NCBI GenBank assembly: GCA_038087875.1
Contig: JAXLNO010000709.1
Span: 558,001-621,024, forward strand
Origin: Malacoraja senta
Lineage: Eukaryota
Length of the DNA: 63,024 bases
Reading direction: 5' to 3'
Shown: piece after piece, positions 1 to 11,843 of the stretch
Layout: each line of letters opens with the position of its first letter
How positions within the stretch are numbered: the first letter of the stretch is position 1
Position numbers and translations under genes: made by a program
Notes under the pieces: generated by a model
Told to the model about the DNA's origin: nothing
The model's input: only the letters and a program-made list of their open reading frames with translations
The model's database searches: none

Positions 1-868
1 TCAGCATCTCTGGAGAGAAGGAACGGGCAAGGTTTTGGGTCGACACCCTTTTTCAGACCAAATAAAGGGATACAATTTTAAAGAAAAATCTGAATTTTGG
101 ATTAACCACTGTTTAAAAAAAAGTGCTCTTCAGTTGACAGCAAGTGTATTTTTTATTATATCCCTGCAACTATTTAAAAGTTGATAGACACAGAAAGCTG
201 GTGTAACAGCGGGTCAGGCTGTTCTTCAGATCTCGGATCGAGACCCTTCTTCAGATCTATTTAAAAGCATCTTGAGTACGTTTTAATTTTCTGAAAAGTT
301 AGTAGTTTATTTATTGTTATTAGTTAGTAGTTTATTTAGGAGATGCCACTGTGAACTTTTTGCTAATTGAGCGCTCACTTTAGTACAGGTATAGAATATA
401 AGAGAGACGTGATATTCATTTTATTCATGAGAACCCCTGTGGTAGGCAGCTCCTGGCATCAGCCCCACTGGGGTATGTTTAATCCCCCACTGTAAACAAA
501 CTTCAAAATGAATGAAAGTTTTGCACAATGGGTTGTCAAAGGAGCCAAGGGTAGTGGTAGTGCATAGAAGGCCTCAAACTTTAATTGAAGCATGAAACAA
601 AAACCTCCTCTCTTTCCCAGCCTCAGGATCAAAACAAAGAATTTCCCCCAAGGATAAGCTGTGTCAATTAAATATCAATCAACAGGTTAATCAGCCAGTC
701 TAAATGATCCTCTTCTTGACTTTTACTTTTTTTTTTATAGTGCTTTATTCATAGTTTGTAGTTGATGCAAATCAACCCTTTGTCTCATGCAATGTGTGTG
801 TTTAAATAAATTAAGCAATGTTGGTTCATTACTGGCATCATGACAATGAACAATTCAGTTGAACAGGA

Positions 869-1035
869 TGCACTTTATCTGTTTATTTATGTGTATATAT
901 ATGGTCTATGGTATATGGACCCACTGATCTGTTCTGTATTATGCCTACAATATTCTGTTGTGCTGCAGCAAGCAAGAATTTCATTGTCCAATCTGGGACA
1001 CATGACAATAAACTCTCTTGATTTGACTTGACTTG
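869..1035 (+). mobile_element. 3' UTR/tail fragment of a Rex1/Babar-like LINE
   Basis: Very similar to 56812-56963 (tgcactttatctgtttatttatgtg...ctgggacacatgacaataaactctcttga), which follows the RT ORF of that element. Ends in short ttgac-type repeats. Confidence 0.75.
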
Positions 1036-1392
1036 AAATTGAAAAATCATTAACATATGCTAAAGGGGCCTTGCACCCACCCCAACCAACCCTTCTTTAA
1101 ATTATTTCAGATGTTTTGAATTTTAGATCTTGGGGATTCAATAGTTGATTCCTTGGCTATTCTGACTGGTATACTTTGTTACTGATCTTTTGAAATTGGC
1201 AGCCCTTCAACACATAATTTTCAATAGTTATCTGTAATCCATTTGGGCAAACGAAGCAGGGCCTTTATAGAGCCAAATCAATCTTACTTGGCTGTCAGCA
1301 GATAGTGCAGTCTTTTAACAGGACCAGATTGTTTAATGTGTTTTATATACAATCAATTTACTATTTTTTTTGGAAGTGGTAGATCCTTTTTA

Positions 1393-1542
1393 GGGGCGAT
1401 GTTTCGGGTAGTTTGAAGAAGGGTCTCGACCCGAAACGTCAACCATTCCTTCTCTCCAGAAATGCTGCCTGTCCCGCTGAGTTACTCCAGCATTTTGTGT
1501 GTATTTTCGATTTAAACCAGCATCTGCAGTTCTTTCCTACAC
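1393..1542 (+). mobile_element. Penelope-derived short element with hammerhead-like core
   Basis: ttgaagaagggtctcgacccgaaacgtc (1413-1440) followed by the family body ccattccttctctccagaaatgctgcctgtcccgctgagttactccagca. Related copies at 1-58, ~185-258, ~2745-2815, ~13072-13153, ~15427-15552 and ~20100-20388. Confidence 0.75.
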
Positions 1543-1808
1543 TGTTTATGTGGAGGACTGTTATCGGTCCTGCACCAATGACCACATTCATAGTCTGTCC
1601 CACCTTCTATAAACCAGCATTGTGGTAAAAGTAGACCAACTTTGAGTGTCATTCAAGTAGCTTTGATATTGATAAAGTTGTGCTTTTTATCGGTTACAGA
1701 AACACAGGCACCAATGAGTTCTTTGAACCATTCTTGCCATTCCATGAGAATGTAGCTGACCATTTATTAAATTGTATATAACTGTCTAACCCTATATTCC
1801 TTCATTCT

Positions 1809-2926
1809 CAGAGCTGCCAAGTTTTGTCAGAGCATTTCAGTATTCTAGTACCTGAAAATCAGTATTTTGCTGACGAAATCAGTATTTTTATTTAATGTGC
1901 AGATACCCATACAAGAATGCCTATCATTGCTACAAATTGACATGTCTTCTATGCACCTTACTTGACAGTGCATTCATTGCCATCTCTCTGTATACTGCTG
2001 TTTGAACGGCTACTTTCTGCTTTTAGCACCAGATGATGTAGAAGCCATTTTGGAAGCCTCCCTCTCCCTCTGTCGCTCCCTCTCTCTCTCTCTCCCTCCT
2101 TCCTCTCTCTCCCTCCCTCTCTCTCTCCCTCACTCTCTCCCTCCCTCCCTCCCTCTCCGCTCCCTCCCCCCTCTCTCCCCTCCCCTCCCTCTTTCCCTCC
2201 CTCCCTCTCTCCTTCCCTCCCTCCCTCCCCTTTCCCTCCCACCCTCCCTCTCTCTTCCTCCCTCTCTCCTCCTTCCTTCTTGTCTCCCTCCCTCTCTTAT
2301 TCCTTTCCTCCCTCTCTCCCTCCCTCTCTCTCCCTCTCTCCCTCCCTCCTCCCTCTCTCCCTCCCCTCTCCACCCTCTCCCTCTCTCCACCCCTCCCTCT
2401 CTGTCCATTGAGCCCACCCACCATTCTGTAAAATCAAGGCCAATCCCAATGTAACTGCAATCCCACTGGTAACCTTTCACCACTAGGCTTATCCAGAATT
2501 CTACCACTGCCTGAAAAAATAATCAAAGGCTCAACTACCACTGAGAAAGAGAATTCCAAAGACTCATTGTTATACGAGAATGTCCCTGAACAGTCTGTGA
2601 CCCATAGTGCTGTGGTCATAGCGCTATGTGTAAAGCCCATAGCGCTCCAGCTGGTAGCGCTACATTTAGAACCCTTAGCGCTGTAGCCGGCTGCTCTTCG
2701 TTTAAATTCCCACGCGTTAAACTGACAGCGCCCTGTTTAAACCTGGAGCGGGACAGGCAGCGACTCTGGAGAGAAGGAATGGGTGACGTTTCTGGTCGAG
2801 ACCCTTTTTAAGACTGAACTGAACTCCGTATTTAAAATCCGTATTTAACAACACAAAATCGTACATTCGTATTCTAATCGCATTTCCGTACAAAATACGG
2901 AAAATCCGTACTACTTAGCAGCTCTG
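1809..2926. mobile_element. Non-autonomous DNA transposon with 13-bp TIRs and 6-bp TSD
   Basis: Ends are cagagctgccaag (1809-1821) and cttagcagctctg (2914-2926), with 1 mismatch. Flanked by cattct at 1803-1808 and 2927-2932. Subterminal aaatcagta/aaatccgta repeats. Confidence 0.8.
2057..2402. repeat. Polypyrimidine (CT/CCCT) low-complexity tract
   Basis: About 345 bp almost entirely C/T on the + strand. It produces the spurious Leu/Ser/Pro- and Gly/Arg/Glu-rich ORFs. Confidence 0.95.
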
Positions 2927-4172
2927 CATTCTGGTTGACAAATTGACTGGTGCAACAAAACGTGACAATAAACTGAACTGCACTGAAAAGTCTTATTAAT
3001 ATCAGATTTTAAATGATCCATTAATTTAGCACAGTTGTCAAAAGTGGAAAAGAAATATACATTTCTATCATGTTGCAAAGAGGTTCTTCTAATTTAATTT
3101 GTGAATGCCCAGCTCTAATCTTGTGATAATCATCCCCAAGACTCCCCGGTAATAGGTTATCTTTCTCCGCCCTATTATCTCTCCTTAATATGTGAAGCAT
3201 TTTGCTCAAACCGTTCTCAACCATACACATTAACATGATTACAATCCTAGCTTGCAGACTCTCTCTTCATAGTTTAATCCTTGGAGGTCCAGTTATCTTT
3301 CAAATGAATCAAACCTGTGCTTCTTCCAGGGCGAATACATTTTCATTATAATGCCCACACTTTTCAAGAATTTTCTACAGATTTAGTCAAACTTATGCTC
3401 ACTTAACTTTAATCCGAGAGGGGAAAGTTTAAAGGAGTTGTGCAGGGCAACTTTTTTACACAGAGGGTGGTGAGTGCCTAGAATGTGCTGCCAGGGTTGA
3501 GGAAGTGGCATTTAAGGGTTTTTTGGTTAGGCATAAGGATATTCAGTGAATGGAGGGATATGGATCATCCACACCTAGATAAGAGACGGTCTTGTCATCA
3601 TGTTCCACACACAAGAGAAGGGTCTGTTCTGGTGCTGTATCACGTTCAATGTTTTAGTTGTCGAAATAGAAAACCCAGTATTCCAGCAGCACAATAAAAG
3701 TATTATTTCAGTCTACATAACTGAATAACTTTACCTTAAATGGTTATTCAGTACACATATAGCAACCTTTGGCAATGGACATCATTGGAGCACCTGTTTT
3801 GGTGCATTGGACGATTTAGTTTATGTGATTTAGCATTTTTTTAAATAATTGGCCATTTACCTCATACAAAATGTCACTGAGTATTGACACCAATGGCTCC
3901 AGAGTGTTTACTGAATAGCCATGTCCTTCTACAAAAATAGTGTTTCTGGGACAAACTCTTAACGACTAAACAGGATTCTGTAACTCAATGGTTTTACTGA
4001 AGTTCACTCTTTCTTCTGGTTACGAGAATAATTTCCAACAAATAATACTTCCGGTAATAAAGCTGTATATCACTGTGTTTATTTTCTCGTACACAAACTG
4101 TTTTCTGAACTACCCTAGAACATGATTTATTATTTAAGGAAGTTTTATTTTCCCACAGAAAAGCATGATAAT

Positions 4173-6085
4173 TAGAGCCAAGATTTTGCCATAAATGCCA
4201 TGTGCCTTTTCAAGCCTTTTCTGATGATTTCACCAGGATAATGCCCTTTTCATGATCGAGTGCCTAAATCAGCCTTTTTTTGCCTTTTTGCTAAAAGGTT
4301 GTGCTATTTTCTCTAGTTGTACCATGATTACAATGTTTTCTATGTTAACACGTTAATATTAATGTTATTATTAACGTGTTAACATAATATAACTTACTAG
4401 AAAACTTCCACCGAAACCGAGGGCGCCACTGTCGGTCATTCATTCGTTCGTGCCGCTGCCCGCTGGTTCAGTCTTCTCCAAGATCTATTTAAGAAAGAAC
4501 TGCAGATGCTGGAAAAATCGAAGGTAGACGAAAAATGTGGAGAAACTCAGCGGGTGAGGCAGCATCTATGGAGAGAAGGAATAGGCGACGTCTCGGGTCG
4601 AGACCCTTCTTCAGACTAACGTGGGGGGGGGAGGGGAAAAGAAAGGAAGAGGCGACGACAGTAGGACTAGAAGGAGAGTTTGGAAGGGGGAGGGGAAGAG
4701 GGAGAAGACAAGGGTTGTCTAAAATTAGAGAAGTCAATGTTGATACCGCTGGGGTGTAGACTACCCAAGCAGAATACCCAAGCTTGTCTCCTCACTACAT
4801 TTACTGCTGGCTCCAGTCGCAAATCGGAGTTTTCGAGTGATCTGTGCAAGGCATTCATTGATGCTGGAATTCTACTGTGTAAATTGGAAAACAAATCTCT
4901 CAGAGGTTTTTCAGAGAAATACGCAGAGGAACATATACCAATTGAGTCATTATTATGGAAACATTATGTTGACAGCAACTTCAACATTGTTGTGCAGAAA
5001 ATTAGAAATGAAGTTGCATGCAACAAAATATGGATCTCAATATATGAGACAACCGATGCTGTGGTGTGTTATGTTGCCGATGTGGTCATCGGTACACTGG
5101 AGGCAGGTCAACCATCAAAGGAGTATTTGTTGACATCGGAAGTATTGGAGAAGTCAAATAGCTCAACTATCTTCACTTGCTGTACTTTGGCCAGAAGATA
5201 TAAAACACGAGAATGTTCTTCTGTTTGCGACTTAAAGTTTTATTCTCCAAAATGTCGCATTTGACATGCTTAGCTCAAGGACTTCATAGAATTGCCAAGA
5301 ACATACGTAGCTTGTTTCCAAATGTCGATCGCCTAGTTTCCAATGTCAAGAAAATCTTCCTGAAAGTACCATCACGTGTGCAGTTGTTCATGGAAATGGC
5401 ACCTAAGATTCCGCTACCTCCTCAGACCGTTTTGACTAGGTGGGGTACATGGCTCTCTGCTGTACTCTAATATGCTGCAAATTTTGAAAAGGTAAAATAA
5501 ATCGTCAACTGTTTTGAAGAAGAAGAATCTGTTGCAGTCAGGAACGTCAGTGAAATCATGCAGAAAAAGTCCCTCCACCGCGATCTTGTTTTTATTGCTT
5601 CCAATTTTGCAAACTTCCCACAAGCTATCACTTCCCTTGAGAAACGTGGCGAAACATTAGTGAATAACTTGCAGGTTTTCAACAAAGTAACTGACGATTT
5701 TTGTAAAGTTCCTGGCGATGTAGATAAAGACATACAAGGAAAATGTGAGAGAATGATTTTAGCTAACAAAGATCTTGAAGAAATAGAAAACATTGCTAAA
5801 GTTCTCAAAGGTAGTTGTAATGTACAAGATATTGACATGAATATAGAGTCTGTAGCTTGTTTCGGGTATGTACCAGTGACCTCAGCTGAGGTAGACAGAA
5901 GTTTTTCACAACTGAAGCATATACCTTTATATTATCATTTTTAACCATATTTTGGTGGTAGAAATAAATGCCTTTTATGCCTTTTTGGGTCAATAAATGC
6001 CCTTTTCGTGCCTTTTTTGTAATTTTATTATGCCATTTTGCCTGCCTATTTCAGAGTTTTTTAGTGCCTAAACATCCTGGCTCTA
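4173..6085 (+). mobile_element. hAT DNA transposon (DUF659/CGGBP1-like transposase, defective), copy 1
   Basis: TIRs tagagccaagat (4173-4184) and atcctggctcta (6074-6085). Perfect 8-bp TSD atgataat at 4165-4172 and 6086-6093. Transposase remnants: [33 protein letters not shown], and hATC-like YVPVTSAEVDRSFS. Frameshifts and stops present. Confidence 0.92.
4490..4775 (-). mobile_element. Penelope-like element 3' end embedded in hAT copy 1
   Basis: Minus strand encodes LGSLHPSGINIDFSNFR, which resembles the C-terminus of the PLE GIY-YIG region. This is followed by a pyrimidine-rich spacer and ctgaagaagggtctcgacccgagacgtc (4587-4614). Confidence 0.8.
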
Positions 6086-6593
6086 ATGATAATAAATCAA
6101 TGCATTGAACTGGACACAGTTAGCAATTACAAGGAAAGAGCAGGAAAAGCGTATGATCCTGTCCAGTATGATTCAAGACAGTTGTTGCTCCTTAATCAGT
6201 TCTCAGGAAATCAAAACAAATGTCAAGCGAGTTCAATGTTTGCAGTTAACAAAAAGCTTTTATGACTTGATTTTCAACATTATAATAATTTCACTGGTTT
6301 ATTTGCACAATATACACCAGTTGCTTCAAACGAACTTTATCCTTAAAATATATCAGTCTAATTGAGATGTGTGTTGTATTGCCTCTATACTGTCGTTGAA
6401 CAATGGAAAGCAGGCTTGAATCCAGATCAGACTGACACGATGAAAGTCTTTTTTCTTCAGTGTGCTAAGTGAATAATTGCATTTCTCTTGTCTTGTTACC
6501 AGTTCCTGTGCATTAGAATGCAGGGAAAAATAACCACCAACAACAACAAAAAAGCCCGGCAGTCCTAGTCAAGTACTCAGTCAAGAAGTAAAT

Positions 6594-6641
6594 GAATTGG
6601 TGGAGCTCCTTATTTAAGAATTGGTGGAGCTCCTTATTTAA
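6594..6641. repeat. Perfect 24-bp tandem duplication
   Basis: gaattggtggagctccttatttaa occurs twice, at 6594-6617 and 6618-6641. Confidence 0.95.
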
Positions 6642-7577
6642 GAACAGTGAGAGAAACCTTCCAAAGAATCTGGCAGTGTTCATGCCTGTAGGTGACTTCC
6701 TTTTCAATGCATGAAGGTTGCCCTTCTGTAAATCAAAACACTTCTGTCTCAGCACCTTTCAGTAGTACTATGGCTGGTTCCTACCCCCACTTGACTTTCA
6801 AAGGCAAGTGTCTGTAGGGTAGCGACTGCCACTGAGCAGCGATTTACCTTTGCCTCCAATGGCATCAATGTTGACATATATGAGATGCTAAATGTGATTT
6901 AGGTTGAGTATGCTTGAACGAAGCGGGATATTTATGGTCACTGCAAGTGCCCTGTAAATAGTACTGTGGCTTTATATAGGAGATCGACGTCAATGTGCAA
7001 GTTTTGTTTCCACTGTAGTATCTTGAAAGGCAGCCTCCCACTTTCCTAAATTATTTCCAGAAAAACTCATAAATTTGATAGGGGAAAGCCCAGGGGTAGT
7101 TGGTTCTGTGTTATCACGAACAGGATTAACTTCCATTGAAAACAGTAGGTCTTCTCTGCTGAATTAATCAGCAGAGGGAATTGCTCTTGTCTATAATTTC
7201 ACTTGATGAATTGGGAGGAATAATACATATTTTGATATTTTAATGATGATAGTGTAACTGTTGGATTATTAGCATTAAAATATTGTGATTTCCATTCATG
7301 TATGGCATTATACAGAAATCACGACCTCCTCGGGGATTGATGCTCCTCCACTGGCCTCAGCCAGTGTAATGAAGGAGAGACAATGAATATTACAAACTAT
7401 TCTTCCAGTAAAATACCACAAACATTACACTTTGGTTTGTGTGACTATCTAGGTTTGTTGTGATAGTTCAAGTCTTCACCATTGCACAGGGAATGCTCTT
7501 GGCTTAAACAAACAAATTCATGCACCAAGATAAAAAAAACTCCTCAAATAAGTATTTAAAAATAAGAATGATTATGT

Positions 7578-8185
7578 TATAGAAACATAGACATAGAAAC
7601 ATAGAAAATAGGTGCAGGAGGAGGCCATTCGGCCCTTCGAGCCAGCACCGCCATTCATTGTGATCATGGCTGATCGTCCTCTATCAATAACCCGTACCTG
7701 CCTTCTCCCCATATCCCTTGACTCCACTAGCCCCTAGAGCTCTATCTAACTCTTAAATCCATCCAGTGATTTGGCCTCCACTGCCCTCTGTGGCAAGGAA
7801 TTCCATAAATTCACAACTCTCTGGGTGAAAACGTTTTTTCTCACCTCAGTCTTAAATGACCTCCCCTTTATTCTAAGACTGTGGCCCCTGGTTCTGGACT
7901 TGCCCAACATTGGGAAAATTTTTCCTGCATCTAGCTTGTCCAGTCCTTTTATAATTTTATATGTTTCTATAAGATCTCCCCTCATCCTTCTAAACTCCAG
8001 TGAATACAAGCCTAGTCTTTTCAATCTTTCCTCATATGACAGTCCCGCCATCCCAGGGATCAATCTCGTGAACCTACGCTGCACTGCCTCAATCACAAGG
8101 ATGTCCTTCCTCAAATTAGGAGACCAAAACTGTACACAATACTCCAGATGTGGTCTCAGCAGAGCCCTATACAACTGCAGAAGAA
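7578..8185 (-). mobile_element. CR1/HER1-type LINE 3' fragment
   Basis: ORF 7746-8174 (-) has RPHLEYCVQFWSP...LYSLEFRRMRGDLIETYKI...FTQRVVNLWNSLP. The (acatagaa)n tail is near 7580-7605. Confidence 0.92.
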
Positions 8186-8344
8186 TCTAATATCTAATAT
8201 CTTAATCTAATATCTTATATCTAAAAATATTTATTTGTGACATTTTAGTATCTACCTTGCCTTAATTCATTTCTTCCTGCTTAGTCACCTGGGAGAATGC
8301 TTCATGGTAAGTGCTTCAAGATGAACTTCTCATTGCTTTGTGGG

Positions 8345-8852
8345 GTTCTCAGTGGTGCAGTGGTATAGTTGCTGTCTTACAGTGTCGGAGACCGGAGTTC
8401 AATCCTGACATTCTAAAGATGTGCAAGATCGTAGGTTAATAGGCTTCTGTAAATTACCCCGAGTCTGGGAATATAGTCTAAAGGGCCTTACGCGATTTTT
8501 TCTGCAGCTTGCCGGCACCCGTGACGCCTGTATGGTCATGAGTAATCGCCTAAGGAGTCGTACCTTTTTCTGGGCGCTGCTGGATTTTCAACATTTTGAA
8601 AATTTTCGGCGACCTGCTGCGACTATGACGGGTGCTGGCAAGTCGCCGAAAAAAACGCGTAAGTGGGACAGGCCCTTAAATTGTCCCGCAGAGTTACTCT
8701 GTCTTCTATGTGTCCATCTTTGGTGTAAACCAGCATCTGCAGTTCCTTCTTACACTATAGAATAGAACTAGTGTATAGGGATCATTGGTCGGTGCGGACT
8801 CGGTTAAGATCCTGTTTCCATGCTGTGTCTCTAAAACTAAAAACTAAACTAA
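8345..8852 (+). mobile_element. HE1-like SINE interrupted by a MITE and a Penelope-derived fragment
   Basis: tRNA-like head tggtgcagtggtatagttgctg...ggagttcaatcctg and (ctaaa)n tail at ~8830-8852. Confidence 0.65.
8481..8677. mobile_element. PIF/Harbinger-like MITE with a partly deleted left TIR
   Basis: Right end aagtgggacaggccctt is identical to the MITE at 20134-20327. Left end reads aagggcc-ttacgcgatttt. Confidence 0.7.
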
Positions 8853-10199
8853 ATCCAAACATTCTTGGAGAATGGAGCCTGAGAACAATTAGACATTATT
8901 TGAAGGGGGAAATCTACATTTTGGTGTACCATTTGTTAATTGTGGACCACGGATAGAATCACAGTCTCTCCTTGACTTTAAGGCAGCATTTCACCCATTG
9001 TGGCATCAAGGAGCACTGGTAAAACTGAAGCCAAATGGGCATCAAGCTCTGTACTATCTATCCCTGCATTAGGGCAGTTTAAGTAATGGAAAATCATCAA
9101 TCACTACAAAAAAATTGAGTGAGATATGAAATAAAATTCATTGTCATGCAATGTATATGAAAAAAGTAAATCAAGTAACACTTTTTTCAACTCACCTTTT
9201 GTTGATACGTGCTCAAATGTCCTGACTTTGCATTATGGAAAGTCACGATAAGGACTATTCATGCCCGGTTAATGTAGGAGTCGTCTGTACACACGCGCTT
9301 TTTGTAAAGAAGACTGCATGTTTGTTGGGAAGTTACAAAACTGTAGAGCTTTTCAAATTGTAGCCCTCTGTCAGTATCTTCCATTACCATTTTAATTCCA
9401 AGGAAACAATTTATGCGCTAAAAAACTGAAATTGGCAGGCAAAAAGGCATAATAAAATTACAAAAAAGGCATGGGAAAAGGCATTTATTGACAAAAAAGA
9501 CATAGAAAGGCAAATATTTCCACCACCAAAATATGGTTAAAAAAGATAATATAAAGGTATTCTACATTAAATGACCAAAGTTGCCTCTTTGCACATAATT
9601 ACTAGCATTTTTTTCAAATTATCTGGTGGTAAACTATGCCGTCTGTCAGACAGACTATGCTTCAGTTGTGAAAAACTTCTTTCTACCTCAGCTGAGGTCA
9701 CTGGTGCATACCCGAAACAAGCTACAGACTATATATTCATGTCGATATCTTGTGCATTACAACTACCTTTGAGAACTTTAGCTTTGTTTTGTATTTCTTC
9801 AAGATCTTTGTTAGCTAAAATCACTCTCACATTTTCCTTGTAAATCTTTACCTACATCGACAGGAATTTTACTGATATCATCAATTACTTTGTTGAAAAC
9901 CTGCAAGTTATTCACTAATGTTTCGCCACGTTTCTCAAGGGAAGTGATAGCTTGTGGGAAGTTTGCAGAATTGGAAGCAAATAAACACAAGATCGCGGCG
10001 GAGGGACTTTTTCTGCATGATTTCACTGACGATCCTGACTGCAGCAGTTTCTTCTTCTTCAAAACAGTAGATGATTTATTTTATTTTTTAAAAATTTGCA
10101 GCATATTAGAGAACAGCAGAGAACCATGTACCCCACCTAGTCAAAACAGGCTGAGGAGATAGTGGAATCTCAGGTGCCATTTCCTTGAACAACTGCACA

Positions 10200-10897
10200 T
10201 GTCTGTGGAATTCTCTGCCTCAGAGGGCGGTGGAGGCAGGTTCTCTGGATGCTTTCAAGAGAGAGCTAGATAGGGCTTAAAAATAGCGGAGTCAGGGGAT
10301 ATGGGGAGAAGGCAGGAACGGGGTACTGATTCGGGATGATCAGCCATGATCACATTGAATGGCGTTGCTGGCTCGAAGGGCCAAATGGCCTACTCCTGCA
10401 CCTATTGTCTATTGTCATCCAGATAGGATGCTTTCCACAGTGCATCTGTAGAAAAGCGTTTGTTGCGCACTAACCCGTCAGCGGAAAGACAATGCATGAT
10501 TACAATCGAACCATCCACTGTGTACAGGTACATTATAAAGGGAATAACATGAATAACGTTTAGGGCAAGATTAAGTCCAGTAAAATCCGATGAAAGATAA
10601 TCAGGTTGACAGTAGATCTGGCTTCCTGAGATGAACGGTGCATGTACAGACATCAATGTTGCTGTCAGTTTTACAAGCAAATTATGAAAAATACCACGAT
10701 AATAGCTCACGGTGTCAGTGACAGTCTAACTCAAGAGAGAGTTCGATTTAGCTCTTGGGCCTAAGGGAATCAAGGGATATGGGGAATAAGCCGGAACGGG
10801 GTACTGATTTTGGATGATCAGCCATGATCATATTGAATGGCGGTGCTGGCTCGAAGGGCCGAATGGCCTACTCCTGCACCTATTGTTTATGTTTCCA
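10200..10897 (+). mobile_element. Composite insertion into hAT copy 2: two CR1 3' ends flanking an antisense Rex-type UTR fragment
   Basis: CR1 tails (gatcagccatgatc...gaatggcctactcctgcacctatt) end at ~10410 and ~10897. Short direct repeat tgcaca at 10194-10199 and 10898-10903. Confidence 0.75.
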
Positions 10898-11557
10898 TGC
10901 ACACGTGACGGTGCTTTGAGGAAGATTTTCTTGACATTGGAAACTAGGCGATCGACATTTGGAAACAAGCTACGTATGTGCTTGGCAATACTATGAAGTC
11001 CTTGAGCTATGCATGTCAAATGCAACATTTTGGGGAATAAAACTTTAAGAGCACGAGCAGCTTTTTTCATGTACGGAGCTGCATCAGTCACAAACAGAAG
11101 AACATTCTCGTGTTTTATACATTCTGGCCAAAGTACAGCAAGTGAAGATGTAAATAACTGAGCAATAGTTGAGCTGTTTGACCTCCAATACTTCCGATGT
11201 CAACAAATACTCCTTTGATGGTTGACCTGCCTCCAGTGTACCGATGACCACATTGGCAACATATCTCCCCACAGCATCGGTTGTCTCATTTATTGAGATT
11301 CATATTTTGTTGCATGCAACTTCACCTCTAATTTTTTGCACAACAATTTTGAAGTTGCTATCAACATAATTTTTCCATAATGATGACTCGCTTGGTATAT
11401 CTTCCTCTGTGAATTTCTCTAAAAAAACCTCTGAGAGATTTGTTTTCTAATTTCCACAGTGGAATTCCAGCATCAATAAATGCTTTGCACAGATCACTCG
11501 AAAACTCAGATTTGCGACTGAAACCAGCAGTAAATGTAGTGAGGAGTCAAGCTTGGG

Positions 11558-11843
11558 TATTTTGCTTGGGTAGTCCACACCCCAGCGGTACCAACATTGA
11601 CTTTTCTAATTTTAGATGGCCCTTGTTTCTCCCTCCTCCCTCTCACCCTTTGTAGCTCTCCTAGTCCTACTGTCTCCACCTCTTCCTTTGTTTTTCCCGC
11701 ACCCCCCCCACATCAGTCTGAAGAAGGGTCTCGACCCGAAACGTCGCCTATTCCTTCTCTCCATAAATGCTGCCTCACCCGCTGAGTTTCTCCAGCATTA
11801 TTTGTCTATCTTCGATTTTTCCAGCATCTGCAGTTCTTTCTTA
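11558..11843 (+). mobile_element. Penelope-like element 3' end embedded in hAT copy 2
   Basis: Encodes LGSPHPSGTNIDFSNFR and sits at the same position in the hAT as 4490-4775. Confidence 0.8.
11718..11745 (+). ncRNA. Minimal type-I hammerhead ribozyme core (Penelope-associated)
   Basis: CTGAAGA-a-GGGTC tc GACCC-GAAA-CGTC gives the CUGANGA box, stem II, GAAA box, palindromic ACGT stem III and GUC cleavage triplet. Stem I is only about 2 bp by eye. Confidence 0.65.

Noticed and set aside
1958..2507. Gly/Arg/Glu-rich and Leu/Pro/Ser-rich ORFs
   Set aside because: Translations of the CT low-complexity tract.
4680..5944. Functional or domesticated transposase gene
   Set aside because: Multiple frameshifts, stops and deletions; the first catalytic Asp position reads Y (SIYETTD) in copy 1.
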